Positions 31,534 to 40,800 of a stretch of DNA of 64,000 nt are shown one piece after another. The notes beneath the pieces are model-generated. The model worked only from the letters and a program-made list of their open reading frames with translations. It was not told the origin of the DNA and did not search any database. This DNA is from a virus. How positions within the stretch are numbered: position 1 is the first letter of the stretch; each line of letters starts with the position of its first letter. Location: positions 4,390-68,389 of IMG/VR virus record IMGVR_UViG_3300035703_000077; one strand, written 5' to 3'. The position numbers and the translations under genes are program-made.

Positions 31534-32388
31534 TTACATATCAAATCTAACTATAAAATTTAATGGATAATCTGGTAATTTTTTTACTGGCTTTGCTAAT
31601 TTAGCAACTAATATTAAATCGTGGTCATCATCGTAAAATCCTATGGTTGTAATATATGGTCTTAAATATGATCCAGTTTGATCAGTTAAACCATATAAAA
31701 AATAATCATCCCAAGAACCAGATTTTGATGGATCAGTTGAAGATTGAAATGTTTTCTTAACAAATAATGAACCAGACAGATCAACAACTGCAGAGGGATT
31801 AGTAGATGTATTTGCTTCATATTCAGTTACAGTTAAAAATATCTCACGCTCATAAATAGTTTGTGTTGATTTAAATTTAATATTAAAATCTTGATAAGAT
31901 TCACTAGTTATACTTTTTGTCATAACTATTAAACCTTGTCCATAAAATACGTTACCATACACAACACTACCGCTTTTTAAATTAGAATATCCATCATCCT
32001 TTAAAACTATACTAGATGAATTGTCAGTTAGTGTAACTGAATTTGGTTTTATTCCTTCACCATAATAACTAGATGAAATAGACAATACAACAATTTCACC
32101 TTCTAATAATCTTTCATCCGTAGATGTAAAATTTTCTCGATTACCTGGTAAGTATGCACTACCAGTTGTTGGATTATAATAATATTGTTGTTTTATTGCT
32201 GAATATAATAATCTTGGGTATGTACCATTAACTTTAACCTCAATTTCTTCGTCAAATGTTGAACCACTTAATTGATTTCCAAATTCACTACCATAATATC
32301 GATCAATACTTGATGATGTCAAATCCCAATTTTTATAGGTAGTAAGTTTTCTAACTGTTATATCGTCTTTTTGAATAGGTTTTATCAT
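31534..32388 (-). CDS. Virion structural (baseplate/tail) protein
   Basis: C-terminal PYITTIGFYDDDHDLILVAKLAKP shared with the neighbouring gene; likely start 32388. Confidence 0.7.
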   Translation of the reverse strand: MIKPIQKDDITVRKLTTYKNWDLTSSSIDRYYGSEFGNQLSGSTFDEEIEVKVNGTYPRLLYSAIKQQYYYNPTTGSAYLPGNRENFTSTDERLLEGEIVVLSISSSYYGEGIKPNSVTLTDNSSSIVLKDDGYSNLKSGSVVYGNVFYGQGLIVMTKSITSESYQDFNIKFKSTQTIYEREIFLTVTEYEANTSTNPSAVVDLSGSLFVKKTFQSSTDPSKSGSWDDYFLYGLTDQTGSYLRPYITTIGFYDDDHDLILVAKLAKPVKKLPDYPLNFIVRFDM

Positions 32389-32405
32389 AAATATAAATAT
32401 AGTAT

Positions 32406-32439
32406 AAAAAAATAACCCAACCATAGGATTGGGTTATTT
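32406..32439 (-). terminator. Intrinsic terminator
   Basis: AATAACCCAA-loop-TTGGGTTATT followed by a T-run on the minus strand. Confidence 0.75.
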
Positions 32440-32471
32440 ATATTGACATATTTAAATCCAAATTTTATTAA

Positions 32472-33686
32472 TTAAAAATCTAATCTAATTTTTATTAATA
32501 GTTCTTTACTGAAATCTTTTACAATTGGTTGCGAAACTTTACCAACTGCAAGTAGTTCATTTGAATCATTATACAACCCAACGGTAGTTATATATACTTT
32601 TGGATTATCAATAAACGTGTCTTCAATAGGTCTCCCATCATCCCCTCTAAATGTAGGATTATTAGAGTAATTAAAATGTCTATTTTGTACTCTAACAAAA
32701 TAATGAGATGTTGATATTGTTTCTGTACTTCTAGCTTCAAAATCACTACCTCCTTTTATAGCATTATATAATAAAGCGTGATTTTGCTTATCAGCATCAA
32801 TACCATAATCAACCGATGCCCCACCAAGTGAAGCAGTGCCGATTGAAGTTCCAATTGTATTATGAATTGCAGTTGGATTTAATACTATAATTCCTTGGTC
32901 TGGATAGAATAAACCATATCCTAAATTATTAGATGATGTTGGATTTGAGATTGTTGGAGCAGCAGACGTACCTAAATTTATAGATCCCGAAACTATATTA
33001 AATACACGACCAGATGTACCAGACGTTTCATTAAACTTATTTCCAGAATCATCAATAAATGTAAATACACCATTTGAACCACTTAAATTAAATTCAATGT
33101 TACCAGCATCAACTTTTTCTCTATATCTTGCTCTTGCAAAATTTATAACATAAATATCACTAGATGCCGTTAATACACCAGTTACGTTTGTTAAAAATTG
33201 GAATCTGGTATCATCACTATCTAATAACAAAGTTCTATACTGACCATAAATTGCAGTAGTTGGTAAAGTTCCGTCACCATTAGACAAGTCCAATGATATA
33301 GAACCACTACCAGATACGTGCCCGTAGGTTACTGCGAATTGAACCTCCGCAGATGCAGAAGTTGCATTGGTTTGATATACATTCCAATAGTATTTACCAG
33401 AAGATGATACTTGTGTAGATGATGTGAAAAATGTATTTAATGAACCCTCACCACCGCTCCATAAACCAGTAGTTACAATTTCAATATCATTAACTACATC
33501 ATCGGTTAAGTTAAACATTCTATAAGGACCCATCTGTGCTTCGCTTGTTGCCGCCCCAATCAAAGGATTCCCAGTGGAAAATTGAGGAATTAAATTAGCG
33601 ATATCAGCATCCGTTACAGGTGTACCTGTCTGAAATAATTGAGTTATTGCTTGTTGTAAACCCGTTTGGTTTGTTATTTGTGCCAT
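32472..33686 (-). CDS. Virion structural (baseplate/tail) protein
   Basis: FNYSNNPTF...VYITTVGLYNDSNELLAVGKVSQP C-terminus; Ser/Thr/Gly-rich. Confidence 0.7.
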   Translation of the reverse strand: MAQITNQTGLQQAITQLFQTGTPVTDADIANLIPQFSTGNPLIGAATSEAQMGPYRMFNLTDDVVNDIEIVTTGLWSGGEGSLNTFFTSSTQVSSSGKYYWNVYQTNATSASAEVQFAVTYGHVSGSGSISLDLSNGDGTLPTTAIYGQYRTLLLDSDDTRFQFLTNVTGVLTASSDIYVINFARARYREKVDAGNIEFNLSGSNGVFTFIDDSGNKFNETSGTSGRVFNIVSGSINLGTSAAPTISNPTSSNNLGYGLFYPDQGIIVLNPTAIHNTIGTSIGTASLGGASVDYGIDADKQNHALLYNAIKGGSDFEARSTETISTSHYFVRVQNRHFNYSNNPTFRGDDGRPIEDTFIDNPKVYITTVGLYNDSNELLAVGKVSQPIVKDFSKELLIKIRLDF

Positions 33687-33704
33687 TTTATATTAATCCT
33701 TATA

Positions 33705-34355
33705 TTATGTAGTTGGTATATATTCAACTTCAATCGGTACTGTAATCGAAGCTCCGGTTTGATTTCCAATTATAGTAATTGTAGTACTAAAACTTCTCGT
33801 AACATCGGTTATAGGTACAACTTGAAATGTAGTTCCATCTAAATTATAAATTGCAGTCATATCACTTACACTAGAACCAAGTGGAGTTGCTGCAGTTATT
33901 TGTACCGCTTCCTTGTCTGCAACTATAATTGTAAATGTAGTATTTTGAGTAGCTGCCGATTGTGGGAATGTTGAAATTGTAACAGTTTGAGCTGCTGTGG
34001 ATTGTCGCGTTCTATCAGCATAGATTTTAATACTATTTGCACCAGTGAAGCTAACATTACCAATATTTATAGTTGGTATTTGCGTAGTACCTCTTGGCAT
34101 TGTCATAAGTAAATTTTTCATAACTTGTGTTTCATCAACACCAGCTTCTAAAATAGGTAATGCCCGAATTGCAGCATCATAATAAGCAGAACCTTTTGGA
34201 TGTGCAGTATCATATAATGAATAATCAATTTCATCGTCCGATAATGCAAATTTAGTTATTTGTAAAGTTCCCCTATTCTGTGCTAATTTTTCTCTACCAC
34301 GACGCGTTAAAACCGCATCAATGGTAATTTCAGTTGTGTTATCTAAATATGCCAT
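33705..34355 (-). CDS. Virion structural protein
   Basis: IDAVLTRRGREKLA...ITKFALSDDEIDY N-terminus; lies in the tail block. Confidence 0.65.
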   Translation of the reverse strand: MAYLDNTTEITIDAVLTRRGREKLAQNRGTLQITKFALSDDEIDYSLYDTAHPKGSAYYDAAIRALPILEAGVDETQVMKNLLMTMPRGTTQIPTINIGNVSFTGANSIKIYADRTRQSTAAQTVTISTFPQSAATQNTTFTIIVADKEAVQITAATPLGSSVSDMTAIYNLDGTTFQVVPITDVTRSFSTTITIIGNQTGASITVPIEVEYIPTT

Positions 34356-34431
34356 ATTTATTTCCTTTAAAAAATTTTAAACGTTTTATTTTTTGTATAA
34401 ATATAAGTATAAAAAAATATATTTTTTACTA

Positions 34432-37400
34432 TTATTCAACGAACAATATTGGTTCCCCACTACCACGTCCAGTCTCATTAACTTTAAGTGTATTAGGATC
34501 AGTTAAGAATACTTCGACAACAGGTTTTCCATCATATGTATTTGCCGATGTAAGTTTAACACCTTTATATATAGAATTCATCAAACCAGCTGTCAAATCA
34601 TTTGTAAATTTATAGTGAGATGGTAAATATCCATTCAATGGTTTAACTTCAACTATATTTCCACCTACTATAGGATCAGATTCATCTGGATTTAAAAATG
34701 TCAGTCTATATCTAAATCTTTCTATTTTTACATTTGCATATTCATCGTAACCAGAAACGGAAACTAATGAACCTGAAATTATTTCATTAACTAATTCAAA
34801 ATATCTTTCTTTTATTACAAATACTTTTTTTCTTTCTTTGATATAGCCACCCCTACGATCTCTAGTTGTGATTATAGCAACTCCATTTTGAGCGAAAATA
34901 TTTCTACCACCTACCGATGGTAATTCCTCATCTACTCCAATATTTTCATATTCATCTTTTATAATGTATGTTTTTTTAGTTTCTGTTTTTATTCTTGGTA
35001 ATTGTATGTTAAAGTCATCTATATTAAACACAACATTAACATCATCTTTAACATCAACATTTGAATTATAATTATGATATGCAAAATCTATAATATTAAA
35101 ATCTTCGTAGTTTATAGTTGAACTTAAATTATCAAAATTGATGTTTAAATTAGTATTATCTACCAAATTTATATCACTCTCATAATCAGTTTTTACTAAT
35201 TTTAATGATGATGTATAATTAGTTATATTTCCAGAATTATCCTCATAATTGATCAATAAATTCGTATCATCTTGAATATCGATAATTGAATTTAAATCAT
35301 CAACTTTACCATCAAAACTATTGGTATTATTACTTATTGACGTAAATATATTTTTGAAATCGTACCCAACGGATGATGTGTAATTTATATTAAATGAATC
35401 CAAATTATAAATAGATGATGATACTACCCCATCTTTATAATAATCAATATTCCCATCATAAATTTTATATAATGCATTTGGTGTTATTCTAATAGGTAAA
35501 TCTTCATTTATAGTAGAATATTCACCAGATTCACTAACTATTATACTATAATCTGCATTTAAATTATTATATTCAGTTTTAACTGAATTCCATTCATATT
35601 TACTTCTTTCAAGTAAGTGTGGCTCATATAGTAATCCAGTTGAAAATCTAGATCTAGCTGGAACTAATGTTTTTAATACTTCAAATATAGATTTATCTAT
35701 ATATTTAACAAGTCTAACAAATTCATATGGGTTTAAATCAGTTCTTTCGAAATAATACTTTCGTAAATCATTTAATTCCTTATATGTTGATTTATACTGA
35801 TCTACAGGATTACCAATAAAGTCATCTAAATACAAATCCCCAAATGACTTAATTATATCCAAATTAACTTCTCTAGTTGGTGATAAAAACACTCCCAGTT
35901 TATTAGAATCAATAGTTGACCTATCATAAATACCCTTTGCTGTATATTCTATAGGACTAAGTCTATTATCCGACACACTTGAACTTTCAAATCTAATCTT
36001 ATCTGTGTAAATATAAGAACCCTTCGGAACAATACCAGTAACCGTTCGCTCGTATGGTAGATATTGATATGGGTATAAAGATGCAGAGTAAAAATTGGAA
36101 GCTGTTGCAAATGTCGCATATGATTGGTTATACGCTACATTTTTAATGTATGGATCTAACGTTCTATCCTTTGGATATTCAAAGTCTAATCTAAATAATA
36201 AATCTGCAGTAGAACTACTTATGTCGTTTCCATTTATTGCTTCTGGTAATAATGTATGAATTTCAAGCGACGATGTGTTTAATGGTTCAGTCCATAATCT
36301 AAACTCATCAATAGTTCCTTTGAATCCTTGACCAACTATAAGTTGATTACTACCACTCCAATTTGAAGAGCCAGTGGGTATTGTGACAGATCCTGAAACT
36401 TTACTTCTAACTCTATCTCTAGCAGCTTCATACGCATATATCGTATATGTGTCGCTCGTTGAGCCAGTAACACGATTTAAAAGAATTTGAGTATATGTAT
36501 CATTATATAAATTTATTTCGCTAGTAGATGCTGAATACAATGTTGAACTACCACTTATTGTAAATTCAACATATCCTGTATTTTGTGGAGTTCTAACAAA
36601 ATCAATAGACCACGCATTATTATTTTTAATAATATTTTGATCTTCTATTGCATTTGTATTCAATCTCAATTCAACAGATTGAGGATAAATTAAGCTACCA
36701 CTTAGATATGGTTTCCAATCCACTGAAATATATGAACCAGTATAAGAACCGGATACAAAATTTATAGCTGAGCTTCTATCTTGATACGTGTATGTCTTTC
36801 TAATACCATCACTACCGTCATCTTGTGGTCCGCCATACTCAACTACATTTAAAATATATTCAGGAATACCGTATGCAGCTAATATTGCATTAATACTACG
36901 TTTGGTTCCTTTATTTTTTAAAATGTATGGTAAGTTATTAAGTATTCTTCTCCAAATTTGAGTTCTATATTCCTTTTCAGAAAATTCTGTTATTTGATTA
37001 CCTTGCTCATCCACTCCAAACGCATATAGCCATAAAAGTTGTGATGATGCCCCGATATTTGGATTCCAACCAAGTGATTTCAAATATGGATATACCAACT
37101 CATCAATTATACCATTATATTTTTTGTTTTCAATAAATTTAGCGTCTTTTAGCGCATTAATATGAGTCCAAACAATATCAAAATGATGACCTACCATATT
37201 TAAAAATGTTATAAAATCAATATTTTCTTGGTCTCTAATAATATATTCTGGTATATTACTAATTAAACGATGTACATTTATTTTATCAAATGTTTCAGCC
37301 GCATCCAATGCTGTATCAAACCATTGTTTAACAATATCAGTATTTGAACCACTCAAAATTGAGCCAGCCCCTGGATATCCGTAACCAGTTGTTACATCGG

Positions 37401-37896
37401 TATATAAAAATTCCTCAAACCCTGTGAATCCACCTATTAATTCGTGTTTTTGGGTTTTTAATCTCTTTAATTCATTTATTGCTGAAATATTATAAATTGA
37501 GCTTGATGAATTAGTTAATTCATTTATTTTACTATCGTAATTTTCTAATACTTGAACTTTATAATAAAAATTTAAAACGAGTTCATCTGCCGAACCAAAC
37601 CTAACAAAATTATCAAATTGATATCCAGAACCAGATTCAGCATAAATTATTTGCAGTTTGGATGTATCAATGCCACTTTTATAAAAATACTCTGTTAGTA
37701 ATTTTTCATTTACAACAGAACCAGATGCTAAAATTTGATCAAAATATTCAAAACCAACACCACCCTCGTCCAATATATTCCAATTTGGGGGTCGTATTTT
37801 AATACAATCCTCAATAATTTCATCGACAAGCCTAACTTTTACAATTAGATGACCATTTCTATTTGGGCTGCTAAGTATTAAATCTAAATCATTCAT
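34432..37896 (-). CDS. Large baseplate wedge-like protein (gp7/P2 gpI-like segment + LamG-like domain)
   Basis: RRILNNLPYILKNKGTKRSI..IL..YG; FKGTIDEFRLW LamG-like end. Confidence 0.65.
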   Translation of the reverse strand: MNDLDLILSSPNRNGHLIVKVRLVDEIIEDCIKIRPPNWNILDEGGVGFEYFDQILASGSVVNEKLLTEYFYKSGIDTSKLQIIYAESGSGYQFDNFVRFGSADELVLNFYYKVQVLENYDSKINELTNSSSSIYNISAINELKRLKTQKHELIGGFTGFEEFLYTDVTTGYGYPGAGSILSGSNTDIVKQWFDTALDAAETFDKINVHRLISNIPEYIIRDQENIDFITFLNMVGHHFDIVWTHINALKDAKFIENKKYNGIIDELVYPYLKSLGWNPNIGASSQLLWLYAFGVDEQGNQITEFSEKEYRTQIWRRILNNLPYILKNKGTKRSINAILAAYGIPEYILNVVEYGGPQDDGSDGIRKTYTYQDRSSAINFVSGSYTGSYISVDWKPYLSGSLIYPQSVELRLNTNAIEDQNIIKNNNAWSIDFVRTPQNTGYVEFTISGSSTLYSASTSEINLYNDTYTQILLNRVTGSTSDTYTIYAYEAARDRVRSKVSGSVTIPTGSSNWSGSNQLIVGQGFKGTIDEFRLWTEPLNTSSLEIHTLLPEAINGNDISSSTADLLFRLDFEYPKDRTLDPYIKNVAYNQSYATFATASNFYSASLYPYQYLPYERTVTGIVPKGSYIYTDKIRFESSSVSDNRLSPIEYTAKGIYDRSTIDSNKLGVFLSPTREVNLDIIKSFGDLYLDDFIGNPVDQYKSTYKELNDLRKYYFERTDLNPYEFVRLVKYIDKSIFEVLKTLVPARSRFSTGLLYEPHLLERSKYEWNSVKTEYNNLNADYSIIVSESGEYSTINEDLPIRITPNALYKIYDGNIDYYKDGVVSSSIYNLDSFNINYTSSVGYDFKNIFTSISNNTNSFDGKVDDLNSIIDIQDDTNLLINYEDNSGNITNYTSSLKLVKTDYESDINLVDNTNLNINFDNLSSTINYEDFNIIDFAYHNYNSNVDVKDDVNVVFNIDDFNIQLPRIKTETKKTYIIKDEYENIGVDEELPSVGGRNIFAQNGVAIITTRDRRGGYIKERKKVFVIKERYFELVNEIISGSLVSVSGYDEYANVKIERFRYRLTFLNPDESDPIVGGNIVEVKPLNGYLPSHYKFTNDLTAGLMNSIYKGVKLTSANTYDGKPVVEVFLTDPNTLKVNETGRGSGEPILFVE

Positions 37897-37898
37897 TA

Positions 37899-40800
37899 TT
37901 AACTTCTCTGTTTACTTATCCATATTGACGTATTAACTGTTATGTCTTCAGGTAATGGCTCATACATTTTTAGCACCAAGGTTGGATTTACGCTTGTTGG
38001 TATTTCGTTTCCCAATTCGTCTACTTCAAATTCACTAAACGTTATATCATCACGTTCCCAATTTGCAATCAGTCTTGGTTCTTCATTATCAAAGTGCAAA
38101 TAGTGATTTAAATATTTTGCAACTTCATCTTTATATATAGTAAAATCAAATTTTGGTTTTATTATATTATTTAAGTTATTTATAATAAATGGTCTTGGTA
38201 TTTGTATGTTGGATTTGTTAAACTGTATAACAATATCTTCATACTGACCTTCTTTATATTTATTGTTTTCAAATCGTTCTGGTACTAAAATTAAAGTAAA
38301 ATCAAAAGTGTCACCATCACCAGTATCTATCCCAAATCTACTAATTAAATCTTGCATATTAAAATTGGCAATACTATCTGGTTTATACCTTTGATATAGG
38401 TAATTTTCACCATAATTAGTAACATAAATTGCAACATTTGTAGAAAATTCAGATTCAAATGTAACATCAAAATCTTGATTAAAGCCAATATAGTCTCTAG
38501 CATTTATTCCCTCTGGATATTCAATTCGTGTGATAATTGGTGGTGTAACATCTGGAATAATAGATGAAACTATATCAACTTTACCAGAATTACCATAATA
38601 ATCTATATATGATGTATTTATTTTAACTATTATATTGGATTTAATTTGATTAGCTAATACACGAATTTCTCCATTATTTAAAATTTCAAATCCAACATAA
38701 TCTACAAATTTATTAGTATCTTCTTCGTATGCAAAAATTGAGTTAATAGTATATGTAGAATCGTCAGTTAACGTTTTACCAGATTCCAATTTAACAAACT
38801 TTAATGGTGTTGAAACTTTATCATTTGGTAATATTTGAGTTGCTAAGATTGGTATGTTTTTTATTTCATCATATGTTTGATCAATTATATCAAAATTATC
38901 ACTAACTATTACAACTTGGCGTAATACTGTTGTTTTTACTGATATTTTACTAAATCTTTGTGGTAATTGAATTCTATTCAAATAAAATTGTAAAGTAGTT
39001 GTACCTTCTTTTCCACTAATATCTTTGTACTCTATTTCGGCATACCCATATTCAGATTGTAATATTTTTTTTACAGACGGTCTGAATTTTGAAAATGATG
39101 ATAATTCATAGCTATCAATTGAGTTACCATATACTTTTTTTATTTTAAACTGATTTTTATTTAGTAAATTGTTTTGGGTATATTGCATTGGTATTGGTGC
39201 TAATCCAGATCCAACTTCTCTCTCTGATAATTCAACTAAAATTTCAGGAAATGGTATTGGTGTCTGTACCAATGACCGTCTAAAATCCACCTCGACATCT
39301 ATAAAATTTGGTTTTATTGTTGCTAAAACTTCTTGTCCACGTGGTGCAATTCTATTAACAGGTATAAATATTTGTACATTGGATTTTGAAGCACCACAAC
39401 TATCGATATAATCAACAAATATTTTTATACTATGGTTTTTTTCCAAAATCCCATTTTCTGGTATAAAAATTTCATTTGTAGCAGGTGCATCCGTTGTTAA
39501 AACAAATCCTTCTATTTTTTTTATTTTATATGTACCCTTTACCAAATCTCCCGTTGTATAACGTAACGGAACTCTTGTATTATTCATTAAATCAGTCTCA
39601 TCTGCTAGAATCTTAATGGATGGTGTCGATATTGAGTTTATATTGAATTGGTTTGTATAATCAACAATTACATTTATATTTGATGGATTGGGTGTAAATG
39701 TTACTACATATGGTTTAGGTGCAATTCTATTTATTTTAAATGATGTATAAGTTCTATTTAAATTTAAATTGTCATCCCTATATTCAATTGTAACATTTAC
39801 GACATAGCTTTTATCTAAAAAATTACGCTGTAATGTAATTGTATTGTCATTACCAAATAAAAAATTAAGATTATCAACATCTGATGTAACATTTACAATT
39901 TTAAATTCACCGGATTTAGGATCATTACTATTTTGAGTAAAATTTAAAATTTTAACATCATTTGTGTTTTTAGTATTAGTTTGCGTTACACTTATAGATA
40001 CGGGTAATATCTCACCAAGTATTGAGTTATTACAATCAACCGGTAATAATAAATCCGCATTTGGCTTTGCTACGATTGTATATGTTGGTATCGTTGGAGG
40101 TGTTACATCTTCACCTTCAATATCAGGTATTATTTCAAAATATACAGTTTCAGTAAGTGGTTCTATTTCAATTGGAATATTTTGATTTGTATTTCTGTAC
40201 CTAATTGTAGCTTTACCATATATTGGTTTGGATATATTATAAACATAAACTTCAAAATAATTTTGCGTATACCCAAACGTTTGATTTTGTCGATTTGGTG
40301 GAATTGCATTTGAATTTAAAAAACCATTAAATTCAATTCTATCACTAGACTCTTCTTTTGTAAATTCTACATTTGTTATTGTAAAATAGCCAGCAGATGG
40401 CTCAAACGGTGTAAATGAATATTCAAAATTATCATTATTTAATCTAGGCTCGAACCCATTTACTGTTACTCTAAAAGTTTCAAATTGAGTTCCCGATTTA
40501 GTTGAAATCGGTATAAAATTTTTATTAACTTTTACATATTTTTTAGATGGATTTATAGTAAAGCTAGATGGTGTTAATACATCTGTACGATATAAGTTGA
40601 ATATTAGTTCATAATCTCGTATATCTCCAATATTATTTTTATAACGTATTTTTACAATGCCAGTTAATGCTTGATCAGAAAAAACATCGTTTATCGAAAA
40701 TCCAAAAATATTTGGTTTAAGAGAATCTACATTAGATCCTGCCACATAATTTACACGCTGTTGAGTTGGAGTCTTCCAATTTCTATAAAACTCAATGCCA

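Noticed and set aside
32443-32471. Antisense promoter TTGACA-N17-TATTAA
   Set aside because: The -10 lacks the conserved final T, it is a single instance, and the context is very AT-rich.
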